Shown here piece by piece: positions 49,268-57,805 of a stretch of 64,000 nucleotides of DNA. The notes under the pieces were generated by a model. That model had not been told where the DNA came from, did no database searches, and saw nothing but the letters and a program-made list of their open reading frames with translations. Position 1 is the stretch's first letter, and each line of letters opens with the position of its first letter. The stretch comes from a virus: IMG/VR virus record IMGVR_UViG_3300036766_000548, positions 1 to 64,000 of that record, one strand, 5' to 3'. The position numbers and the translations under genes were made by a program.

Positions 49268-49620
49268 ATTATCCTATCCTTTAATTTTTCTATCAATGCT
49301 TTTGAATATAATCCCGTAATTCCAACTATTGTTTCTTCATATCGCTTAGAAAAACATTTACCCATGTGATAACAAGTTTCAATAGCGGCGTGGCAACATT
49401 CATGGACTATCGTATCAATCGTCAAATCTTCTTTTGATAATTTCACGCTGCCTATATATGAACTATTTTGACTAGCAGGAACAAATAAACCAAACGATCC
49501 TTTTAATCTTTTATTATCCTCGATCATTTCTTCTCTAGAATCATACAAATAAACCGCTAATTCATATTCCTTGTGTTTATGCTCGGGCATATACCAATAT
49601 GAACCAATATATTCTTTCAA
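49261..49620 (-). CDS. HExxH-containing hypothetical protein
   Basis: TIVHECCHA...EE. Confidence 0.55.
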   Translation of the reverse strand: MKEYIGSYWYMPEHKHKEYELAVYLYDSREEMIEDNKRLKGSFGLFVPASQNSSYIGSVKLSKEDLTIDTIVHECCHAAIETCYHMGKCFSKRYEETIVGITGLYSKALIEKLKDRIIW

Positions 49621-49850
49621 GGTATCTTCTTAAACAGTTTCCAGAATAATCTATAAATGATATTCTTTTCGTTTATAGCAATATCCATGGCATTGTTTAT
49701 CGACATTCCACCAGCTCTATATAAGATTTCATAATCCTTGCTTTCAAAACCCATTATATCATAAATCAATTTTCTAAAAGCACCCTTGCCCGCATTTTCA
49801 CATATCTTAGTAAATACCCATGCAACTTGCTCAACGGTTGGTTTGTCCAT
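49617..49850 (-). CDS. Hypothetical protein
   Basis: FRKLIYD.MGF....Y..LY.AGG. Confidence 0.55.
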   Translation of the reverse strand: MDKPTVEQVAWVFTKICENAGKGAFRKLIYDIMGFESKDYEILYRAGGMSINNAMDIAINEKNIIYRLFWKLFKKIP

Positions 49851-50041
49851 TATATGTCCTTGGTAAAAATATGAAAACCTAAAATATACAAAAATCCTAC
49901 TTTCATCGATTCATTGGCAAAATATTTTACATCCTTCCTGAAATCAATTATGAAATATGAGAATATCGGGAAACTGAAAATGATTATAGAAAATATATCT
50001 TTTCGCCTGCCGCCCTTGATAGTACCAAATGGATATTTCAT
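49850..50041 (-). CDS. Hypothetical protein
   Basis: Translationally coupled ORF. Confidence 0.4.
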   Translation of the reverse strand: MKYPFGTIKGGRRKDIFSIIIFSFPIFSYFIIDFRKDVKYFANESMKVGFLYILGFHIFTKDI

Positions 50042-50247
50042 AATGAAAATACCATAATAAATAATCTAACAAAATGATATAACATACCTAAGCTAATAAG
50101 TAAAAATAAAATAAAGTTGATTTTATGAAATAATGGATAATCTGAAAAATAAAAATTATATCCTGCTATCGTTCCATTATAAATAACTCCCATAATTGCA
50201 AACAATAAACCGTTAATAAGTAATATTTTCAACTCTAAATTATTCAT
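50038..50247 (-). CDS. Small two-TM membrane protein
   Basis: Two hydrophobic segments. Confidence 0.5.
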   Translation of the reverse strand: MNNLELKILLINGLLFAIMGVIYNGTIAGYNFYFSDYPLFHKINFILFLLISLGMLYHFVRLFIMVFSL

Positions 50248-50441
50248 ATAATCACCACCTCCCCATTATAAGCTTCTGCCGCTTTCCGTGCAGTACTTTC
50301 AGAACAATATTTATGGGCATGTTCAATATCGATTCCATACTTGATGCCCGACCATTGCTTTTTATAGCTTGTCACTTTATAGATATAGAAAATCATTCGC
50401 CAATTGAAAGATGACTTGGAAAGCTTGACTATATATTTCAT
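50244..50441 (-). CDS. Hypothetical protein
   Basis: Translationally coupled ORF. Confidence 0.5.
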   Translation of the reverse strand: MKYIVKLSKSSFNWRMIFYIYKVTSYKKQWSGIKYGIDIEHAHKYCSESTARKAAEAYNGEVVII

Positions 50442-50605
50442 GAATAAAAAATAGCTTCTATTTCAGTTGAACGTATTTGACAATTATTAAAAATCAATAC
50501 AGATTTATTTCCTAAAAATGCTTCGCAAATATCATCCCATTCATCTTCCTGATATTCAGCAATTATGGTATTCCCACTTTTCAAATATACTTCGCAATTT
50601 TTCAT
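50438..50605 (-). CDS. Hypothetical protein (55 aa)
   Basis: Begins inside module type 2 at 50601-50628; read manually. Confidence 0.6.
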   Translation of the reverse strand: MKNCEVYLKSGNTIIAEYQEDEWDDICEAFLGNKSVLIFNNCQIRSTEIEAIFYS

Positions 50606-50633
50606 TTTATCCTCCTATCTATATTATATCGCC

Positions 50634-52088
50634 TTATTGCAAATTTTTTAGCAATATTTCGTCAAAACTATAATTAAAAATTCCTTTAGATTCTTTGCCA
50701 TCGAGTATCATTGACATTGACCTAAAGCTTTCCTCTATTCTGTCTGCAACTATATTCTCAATAGTTCCATTGGCAAATGGGAAATATACATTAGCCCTTT
50801 CCGCTTTTTGTCCATATCGATCTATCCTGCTTAATACTTGTATAACCTGTCCTGGTGTATCTGGCATTTCTACTATTCCTATCCCTTCGCTTGCCGTTAA
50901 TGTTAAACCCTCCCCACCCGCTTCTGTTTGGATAAAAATCAATTTAACCTTTTTATCTTTTTGAAAACTATCTTCGGCCTTCTGCCTATTTATTCCAGAA
51001 ATACTTCCATCTATTTTAACTGCTACATTTTTATATTTAGTGTATAAATCATCCATGACGTTTTTATGCCAAACAGAAATAACCAGTTTATCGTGATCTT
51101 CTAAATATTCGTCTATCCATACAAATAATGCTTTTTGCTTTGCTAAATATGCTAATCGTTTTAATTCACTTAACGTATTCTTTCTATCTTTCTTGTTCAG
51201 TATCTTATTAAAATCATTGCTTAGATTATTGTAATTCTTAGCTTCTAATTTTGTCAATTCCAATGGGATAACAGTAAATATTGGTTCTTTTCTTGTTTTC
51301 TTTCTTCGTATCATTATCTTTTTTAATTTTTCATTTAATTCTTTTTCGTTACTCGATCCGTTAAATTCCCATCCGCCTTTATATCCGATGGTAGGCTCGC
51401 AATAATGCCAATAATAAGAATATTCTTTAGGGAATAATTTAGGCGCTGTTAAATGCAATATGGTCCAAAAATTACGTGGACGCTTCCTGATTGGTGTTCC
51501 TGATAATGGAATGAACACCTTGGGCTTTAATTTATTTACTAATTCGACAAAACACATTGTCCAAATAGCTTTTGGATTCCCAAGTCTATGCGCTTCATCC
51601 GGTATTACACCGATTATATTTAATTTAGTTAATTCTTTCCACCACCCTTCTAACCTGACTATGCCCTTTTTATATCTATGCTTTTTATATTTTGTTCCAT
51701 TCAATTCACATTCTTGCTTTATCAATAATTCTTCTTTATCAAATTTCAATTTTCGTTTATCTTCTAATTTTCTGTCTTTAGCGTTTTCCTTTCCTAATAT
51801 ATGATAATTGATAATATAGTAACAATAATTTTTAGATAAACTGAATTGCTTTTCGCCATTGATTATATATGAATCTTTTCCCGTCCACTTTTCTATTTCT
51901 CGTGCCCATTTGAGTTTCATTGATTTGGTGCAGACAATTAAATATTTCCCTGGATAGCTGATATCGCTTATACCGATAGCTTCTATTGTTTTGCCAAGGC
52001 CACACTCATCCCCAATAATAGCATAGCCATTATGTTCCTCGACAAATTTAATACATTCTTTTTGATACGGAAGATACTTAAGCTTCAA
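50634..52088 (-). CDS. SNF2/HARP-like helicase
   Basis: DECGLGKT, DEAH, LSGTP, GEGLTLT, Q...RIDR.GQ. Confidence 0.9.
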   Translation of the reverse strand: MKLKYLPYQKECIKFVEEHNGYAIIGDECGLGKTIEAIGISDISYPGKYLIVCTKSMKLKWAREIEKWTGKDSYIINGEKQFSLSKNYCYYIINYHILGKENAKDRKLEDKRKLKFDKEELLIKQECELNGTKYKKHRYKKGIVRLEGWWKELTKLNIIGVIPDEAHRLGNPKAIWTMCFVELVNKLKPKVFIPLSGTPIRKRPRNFWTILHLTAPKLFPKEYSYYWHYCEPTIGYKGGWEFNGSSNEKELNEKLKKIMIRRKKTRKEPIFTVIPLELTKLEAKNYNNLSNDFNKILNKKDRKNTLSELKRLAYLAKQKALFVWIDEYLEDHDKLVISVWHKNVMDDLYTKYKNVAVKIDGSISGINRQKAEDSFQKDKKVKLIFIQTEAGGEGLTLTASEGIGIVEMPDTPGQVIQVLSRIDRYGQKAERANVYFPFANGTIENIVADRIEESFRSMSMILDGKESKGIFNYSFDEILLKNLQ

Positions 52089-52144
52089 TTATTTTCCTTT
52101 AATAATAGGCTGTTTTTTATTTTTCCAACCCATTATATTATCCT

Positions 52145-52267
52145 TTAATTCTCACAGATAATAGCGAGTTGACCACAAGCAGCACCGGCGTTAATTTCGG
52201 CTTGTGTCGCGATTGCAATGGCATAATCATAACCAGACTTCTGTAATTCTTCCTTAATGCGTTCCAT
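52145..52267 (-). CDS. 40-aa peptide equivalent to the RlmN/Cfr C-terminal catalytic-Cys segment (missing from ORF track)
   Basis: GGAG RBS; MERIKEELQKSGYDYAIAIATQAEINAGAACGQLAIICEN. Confidence 0.8.
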   Translation of the reverse strand: MERIKEELQKSGYDYAIAIATQAEINAGAACGQLAIICEN

Positions 52268-53078
52268 ATATTTCTCCTTCTACTAAAATAGGATCGTCGA
52301 TAAATCCGTTCCTCAAAGAATGAATATCAAGTACTAAATTACCCGCAATGCATTTCATTTGATTATTTACTTCACGTTGATATATTTTTGGATATGGATA
52401 TTTGTTGTATATAAAATTAGCACATGAACAACCGTCCCTTTCCATTGATATTGTTTTTCTATAACCAATTAAATCATTTATTGCGACATAATGATTGACA
52501 CTATAATCGTTTACTTTCATAAGACCCACAAATCCAAAATCCAATACTCCTTTATTTGAATAATATTCTATATATTCATTTATTTTTTCGTTTGAATCAA
52601 CAAGTCCTTTTTGTAGAACGCATGATAAATGCAATTTATCATTCCCATAAATATCAATCATTGAATCAATCTCGAAATCGTTTATTGAATGCCTACTTAA
52701 TGAAATACTATTCACTAATTCATTATTCAACTCGATGCCCTTTCTAGTGTTTATAATTATAAACATTTCAGGGAAAAATGACCGTATCAATTTACATGCC
52801 TGTTCTACCTCATTAGTAAAATATCCTGGCTCACCTCCAGTAAAAGAAACCCTGTTTATATTGATATTTTTGTCTTTTATGCTAGTCAAAATATAAGACA
52901 AAAGGTCCAAAGAAAATACATCCTTTTTATCTGAACTATATACACAAAATGGACACCCCATATCACAATAATCAGATACGCGAATAAATAAATTAACATA
53001 AGGATCGCAATATTTTTGAGATAAACAATCAAAATTTTTTGTCTTTACAACATCTATCCAACTAGACATTTTTAGCAA
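52254..53078 (-). CDS. Radical SAM protein
   Basis: CDMGCPFC, FTGGEP. Confidence 0.85.
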   Translation of the reverse strand: MLKMSSWIDVVKTKNFDCLSQKYCDPYVNLFIRVSDYCDMGCPFCVYSSDKKDVFSLDLLSYILTSIKDKNININRVSFTGGEPGYFTNEVEQACKLIRSFFPEMFIIINTRKGIELNNELVNSISLSRHSINDFEIDSMIDIYGNDKLHLSCVLQKGLVDSNEKINEYIEYYSNKGVLDFGFVGLMKVNDYSVNHYVAINDLIGYRKTISMERDGCSCANFIYNKYPYPKIYQREVNNQMKCIAGNLVLDIHSLRNGFIDDPILVEGEIYGTH

Positions 53079-53362
53079 TGCCCACTACCACAACCACAAC
53101 CACCGCTACTACCGCCTCTATTTATATCACTAGAATTAATAATCTTTTTTTTACTCATGTTTTTAATAGGCTTGTCCTCACAATATTTATTATCGATAAA
53201 ATGAATTAGTAAATCAAAACACTCATTAGATATGGCGCCGTCAATATGGAGCTGATTTATTCTTTTATACACATTTATTATACCATTTGTTTTTATGCTC
53301 TCTTTTATACTCGGTAGCCAGAATTCCATTTCTTCGTTCAATTCTCTTTCATTTGATTGCAT
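53072..53362 (-). CDS. Small protein with Gly/Ser/Cys-rich C-terminal tail (start MQSN)
   Basis: AAGGAG RBS before ATG at 53362; ends RGGSSGGCGCGSGHC. Confidence 0.7.
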   Translation of the reverse strand: MQSNERELNEEMEFWLPSIKESIKTNGIINVYKRINQLHIDGAISNECFDLLIHFIDNKYCEDKPIKNMSKKKIINSSDINRGGSSGGCGCGSGHC

Positions 53363-53375
53363 TTTTAGTACTCCT

Positions 53376-54161
53376 TTATATGATATTAATGCCTTGAATG
53401 GCACCATTTCCCATATTGTTTTTCTCAGAAATCGTATTTTTATTTATTGGTGATAACTTGATAAAAAATCTATTCTTGTCAAAAAGTCTCTTTAATTCTT
53501 CTATATCAAAATCGCCTTCTTCAACCAATGTCATGTTAATAGTTGTTTTAAGATTGCTTTTGGTCCGTATATTGCTTAATTGTTCTAGTGTCATTTTATT
53601 TTTATATGGAATAAGCCAATTTCGTTTTTCATTTTTAAGAGAATGCACGGATATTTGAAGGGTTATGTTGTCCTTTATCCAAGAAAAATCAGAACCAATA
53701 ATGCCTATCGTAGAAATATAATGATGAGTTTTAGGATATTTTTCATCTATTTTAAATATAGCATCCTTTACATTATCTATATTTAGGAACGGTTCACCCA
53801 TTCTAGTATAATTTATCTTGTGTTCAAATGCTTCTTGAAAACGTTCAGTTCTTTTAGATAAAACAAATTCAACTTGTTCCACAATTTCTTGCGATGTAAG
53901 GTTCCTGTATTTTTTCATTGCACCCGTAGCACAAAATTTGCATCTAACTGGACATCCCGACATCGTAGAAACGCCAATCATCCAACGTTCTTTTCTACTC
54001 CCTATTTTTGTATCATGAAGTATATTTTGTTTTTGTCCAATAGCATCTTTAGTATATGAAGGCAAAAATGTATCGGTTACCTCAATAAGAAAATTATCTT
54101 CTGTTTTTAAGGCATATACAATTCCATTTGCGAATTCTTTATGCTTAATTTCTGTCAACAT
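53376..54161 (-). CDS. RlmN/Cfr-like radical SAM enzyme lacking the C-terminal CGQL
   Basis: VSTMSGCPVRCKFCATG, RNLT..EIVEQV, MGEP.LN, ISTIG, LQISVH. Confidence 0.85.
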   Translation of the reverse strand: MLTEIKHKEFANGIVYALKTEDNFLIEVTDTFLPSYTKDAIGQKQNILHDTKIGSRKERWMIGVSTMSGCPVRCKFCATGAMKKYRNLTSQEIVEQVEFVLSKRTERFQEAFEHKINYTRMGEPFLNIDNVKDAIFKIDEKYPKTHHYISTIGIIGSDFSWIKDNITLQISVHSLKNEKRNWLIPYKNKMTLEQLSNIRTKSNLKTTINMTLVEEGDFDIEELKRLFDKNRFFIKLSPINKNTISEKNNMGNGAIQGINII

Positions 54162-54251
54162 TTACCATCTCCTTATTCCATTTTCTACTATTCAATGTCG
54201 TAACCAAATCATCCACATCTCCAGTATAATATCTCCAATAATCCCGCTTGT

Positions 54252-55226
54252 CTATTTTGTTATATTCCCTTGACCAATATCCTTTGCCTTATTATTATGA
54301 TCTATACAAACATCCAAACAATTTTTTCTGCAAATAAGATCGTTATAAGTATTTGTTTTTTCAAACCATATTTTTCTTTCTTGTCTAATTTCTTTAATAG
54401 ATTTCCCATAAACATTCCCAATAGCTTCGCCTTGCTCGCGCATATAAATTACACAAGGAAAATGTTTTCCATGTAAAATAACCATATCATCTTTTACTAA
54501 ATGGCATTTATTGCAATCGGTTTCTTTCATGCCTCTAACATGCCTTCCATTATTTATATTATTGATCCTATATTTCAATATCTTATATTTTGTTTTTACG
54601 TTTATATTCAAATAATGATTTGATTGTGCTGTAGGAATAATTCTAATATCTGATACTTTTAATTTAGTTGCAAATTCAATAATATTTTTCAATTCATCAT
54701 TATTTTGTTTGTCCAATACCACCCCTACAGTTACATAAGTCAATTTAGATAATTCTTTTATAATCATCGCTATATGCTCAAAATGAGAATTGGTCCCTGC
54801 CATAATATCGGCAGTAGAAGAGCAACAGGCATCTAGCGAAATTGAAAAATCATTTATTCCGGCTTTGTGTAATTGCTTATAATATTCTAATTCTGCCGAT
54901 CCATTTGTAGAAATAGCAATATGTTTAATACATTTTTTGCTTTTAGTGTATTGAACCAATTCTAATAAATCTTTCCATATAGTAGGCTCACCACCTGAAA
55001 ATCTTATATTATGTAAATTAGCAGAAGTCCAGATATCTACAATTTCTTTTGCTTGCTCTAAAGTTAAATCCCCTTGAAGGTCTTTTACTATCCCTCGGCA
55101 ATAAGGACATTTGAAATTACAACGATTAGTCAATATCAATTCACACCGTTGTAAATCACTTTCCCAAGAAACGTTTTTTGCCCTTTTATCGGAAAGAGTA
55201 TAAAATCCAATATCTTCAAGTTTCAA
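54252..55226 (-). CDS. MoaA/PqqE-like radical SAM protein with Cys-rich C-terminal domain
   Basis: CNFKCPYC, FSGGEP, STNGS, SISLD; C-terminal CxxC..PC..CxxxCxxxC. Confidence 0.85.
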   Translation of the reverse strand: MKLEDIGFYTLSDKRAKNVSWESDLQRCELILTNRCNFKCPYCRGIVKDLQGDLTLEQAKEIVDIWTSANLHNIRFSGGEPTIWKDLLELVQYTKSKKCIKHIAISTNGSAELEYYKQLHKAGINDFSISLDACCSSTADIMAGTNSHFEHIAMIIKELSKLTYVTVGVVLDKQNNDELKNIIEFATKLKVSDIRIIPTAQSNHYLNINVKTKYKILKYRINNINNGRHVRGMKETDCNKCHLVKDDMVILHGKHFPCVIYMREQGEAIGNVYGKSIKEIRQERKIWFEKTNTYNDLICRKNCLDVCIDHNNKAKDIGQGNITK

Positions 55227-56097
55227 TATTTAACTCCTTTCTAACTATATTTTCCTCATCCTTTGTATAATCACCAGGATCATGTTCAAACTCAGGATTG
55301 AATATTTCCACTTCCACGCCTAATGCCGATAACTGCTCACCATATTTTCTCGCCCTATCCTGCGCCATTTTCTCATTGTCGAATAAAAATATAACTTTCT
55401 TGAATCGTTTGGAAAGTAGGTTTATTTGTTCCGGTGTAATTTCAATACCGAAAGAACAAGAAACATTATTGTGGCCTAATCTCCAACAATCGAATGGCCC
55501 TTCTACCAATATTATATAGTTATTCATACAATTATCTAGGTTATATAGTATTTTTTTATTGGAAATAATTGCTTTATCTGTTTTTAAATTTCTATATCTA
55601 ATTTCATTGTTTACAATTGTTCTCCCTAAGAATGTCACTAATTTATTTTGATAAAAAACTGGAATAATAATTCTAAAATTCCATTCTCCTATAATCCCTC
55701 CACCTTGTATTTTATATGTATCTACTAAATAATAAGGATCAAAATTCCTTTTAATCAAATATTTCCTTTCTTTTTCATTTAATATACTTCCAGGCAATTC
55801 AATATTATGTATTTTACCTTGTGTTTTATTCAATTTATTCAATACTATTTTATCAATAGTATTTTCATTTAATAATATATTAAGATCATTAAACGACAAA
55901 TTCAATAATTTTTGTAAAATATCCTTTGCATTTATTCCACCACATCGCCAACAATTATAATAAAATTCATTTAGATTAAATCCACCATGATATTTAGTAT
56001 CATTACAATTTGGACAGCAAACATTTATCCATCCATTATCACCTACTTGATATTTTATTCCATATTGTTTGAACATACTAGGAAGATCAATTTTCAT
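55216..56097 (-). CDS. DNA primase (zinc finger + TOPRIM)
   Basis: CPNC...H...CWRCG, RIIIP, GR, VEGPFD, FDNE. Confidence 0.85.
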   Translation of the reverse strand: MKIDLPSMFKQYGIKYQVGDNGWINVCCPNCNDTKYHGGFNLNEFYYNCWRCGGINAKDILQKLLNLSFNDLNILLNENTIDKIVLNKLNKTQGKIHNIELPGSILNEKERKYLIKRNFDPYYLVDTYKIQGGGIIGEWNFRIIIPVFYQNKLVTFLGRTIVNNEIRYRNLKTDKAIISNKKILYNLDNCMNNYIILVEGPFDCWRLGHNNVSCSFGIEITPEQINLLSKRFKKVIFLFDNEKMAQDRARKYGEQLSALGVEVEIFNPEFEHDPGDYTKDEENIVRKELNIET

Positions 56098-56860
56098 TGT
56101 TCTTCCTTTTTGCTGCTTCTTTTCGTTCTCTAGTTTTACGTTTTGTTTCTTTTAATTTGTTTATAGATTCTTGTGTCCATACTCTACCTACGCCTCTTAA
56201 TCCAATTATTCTTTTTTGTTCATCTGTTAAATGTTTATGTAATCTTAATTGCGCTTGTCTATTTTTTTCTATTTGTTCTGGAGTCTTTTTTCTGCCCTTT
56301 TGTGCATCGCTAATTTTCTTTTTAGTTTCCTCTGATACTGGATGACCTTTTATCCTTTGTGATAATTTCTTTTTGGCCTCTTCTGTATGATGTCTACCTA
56401 GATGAGCTAATCTGTTTTTTTCTTTTGCTTCTTTAGATGGTTTCCATCCTAAATTTCTTAATCTAGATTTTTCACAAAACTCTTTTGATCTTTTTTGTCC
56501 TTTATTAGCTATGCTTAATTTCTTTCTTGTAACTTCGTTGGGTATTCCTCCTGATCCACCGCCGTCCATAAGGTTATATCCATATTTGCTGTTTGTGCTT
56601 TTATATTCTTTAATCCAATATTTTTCTTTTCTATCTAATGTTCTTTTTGAGTAAGCAAAATCTATTGTAGCCCATTTGAAATTGTTTTTGCCATATTTTT
56701 TTAACGCCCTTTGAAAATAATAACCATCCCCTCTTTGAGCACTAGATAAATGCAATGATTTTCTTCTTCTTAATGTTCCAGTAGTTTGCCCAATATAAAC
56801 TTTATCATTCATGATGTTTCTAGCTCTGTAAATAATGCCATAAAGTTTCTTTTCTTTCAT
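56087..56860 (-). CDS. GIY-YIG homing endonuclease with NUMOD3 repeats
   Basis: IIY...N..N.KVYIGQT, ALKKYG..NF, GYN...GG, repeated SEE.K.KIS. Confidence 0.9.
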   Translation of the reverse strand: MKEKKLYGIIYRARNIMNDKVYIGQTTGTLRRRKSLHLSSAQRGDGYYFQRALKKYGKNNFKWATIDFAYSKRTLDRKEKYWIKEYKSTNSKYGYNLMDGGGSGGIPNEVTRKKLSIANKGQKRSKEFCEKSRLRNLGWKPSKEAKEKNRLAHLGRHHTEEAKKKLSQRIKGHPVSEETKKKISDAQKGRKKTPEQIEKNRQAQLRLHKHLTDEQKRIIGLRGVGRVWTQESINKLKETKRKTRERKEAAKRKNNEN

Positions 56861-56875
56861 AAATATTTGTTAAAT

Positions 56876-56992
56876 AAAAAACCATTAGTGAAGCGGGCTG
56901 GCAGGCCTTCATAGGAATGCACGTTCCTATTCGCTTCACTAATGGCTCTATTTTCTCCGTGCAAAGTTTTAGATTAGTTACTGCCATAACTA
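56876..56992 (-). ncRNA. Putative structured leader with double kissing loops and terminator
   Basis: 14-bp stem, four hairpins with pairwise complementary 6-nt loops, U tract. Confidence 0.65.
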
Positions 56993-57004
56993 TTCCATAC
57001 ATAT

Positions 57005-57036
57005 AATATATACTCCTTTTGACAAAATGTAAAGTA
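57005..57036 (-). promoter_or_regulatory. Promoter TTTACA-N17-TATATT for the GIY-YIG/primase leader
   Basis: Correct spacing; same TACTTTA context as + strand promoters. Confidence 0.6.
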
Positions 57037-57108
57037 CCTTATCCATCCATCCACTTCTTGCTTGTAATCAATATTATTGTCTTTCAGCAGACGGATGAAA
57101 TCAATCAT

Positions 57109-57405
57109 TTACTTAATTTCAAAAATATCTTTAACATCTGGATGGGTAAAATTATCTGATTCTGTTGTTTTTTTAAACATCTTTTTATGATAATATTTAC
57201 AACTTCTCAATTCTGATATTGCACATGAAAAAGCAAAAATAGGGTTTAATTGTTTAAATTCCGGTTGATAATCTCTAGTCCTTTCTTCATGAAAAATAGC
57301 TCTACTAATCAATTGATTATAAGCATTTTTATTTTTGCAATAACTAATAATTCCCATCATAGTAATATCATATGAATAATTTTTGCAGCTTTCACATACG
57401 CTCAT
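57109..57405 (-). CDS. Hypothetical Cys-containing protein
   Basis: AAGGAG RBS; CxxC. Confidence 0.55.
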   Translation of the reverse strand: MSVCESCKNYSYDITMMGIISYCKNKNAYNQLISRAIFHEERTRDYQPEFKQLNPIFAFSCAISELRSCKYYHKKMFKKTTESDNFTHPDVKDIFEIK

Positions 57406-57409
57406 TTAA

Positions 57410-57793
57410 TTACTCCTTTCCATTATCAAGAGGAAGCAATTCATTCCTAGTCGGTAGTTCCACCTTCGGCTTTGCCCTGCTCTTCCTTACCTTTGGTTTT
57501 GCCTCGATGATCATATCAGCCACTGCCTCAATTTTCTCATCCTCGCATGAAGTGATCTTGGTAATATATTCTGTTACCTTCGCACGGCACTCATGATTCG
57601 GCAGAATGATATATGACCCATTGCTAAATGTCTCCCACATAAGCTGGATGAGTTTATTGATGTCCGTCCTGCCATTAGCATCGGTGTACAGGTTTTCCAC
57701 CTTCGCCCTCTGCAATGCCTTATAAAAATACTCCTCGGTGACATAGCCATAAACCTTGTGATTCGTCGGATCATTCATCTTCACTTCCATCAT
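57410..57793 (-). CDS. Hypothetical protein
   Basis: AAGGAG RBS; GC-richer than flanks. Confidence 0.6.
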   Translation of the reverse strand: MMEVKMNDPTNHKVYGYVTEEYFYKALQRAKVENLYTDANGRTDINKLIQLMWETFSNGSYIILPNHECRAKVTEYITKITSCEDEKIEAVADMIIEAKPKVRKSRAKPKVELPTRNELLPLDNGKE

Positions 57794-57805
57794 ATACTCC
57801 TTTGA

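Noticed and set aside
52089-52133. 14-aa mini-ORF MGWKNKKQPIIKGK after the AACGQL peptide
   Set aside because: It has an RBS but is too short to interpret. It may be a remnant that couples translation to the helicase.
52268-53375. Intron or frameshift joining the RlmN-like halves
   Set aside because: The interval is filled by two ordinary genes, no group I/II features were recognised, and the peptide has its own RBS and ATG.
56820-57002. 60-aa ORF over the structured leader
   Set aside because: Its start overlaps the predicted -10/TSS region and the sequence is explained by RNA stems. A leader-peptide role is not fully excluded.
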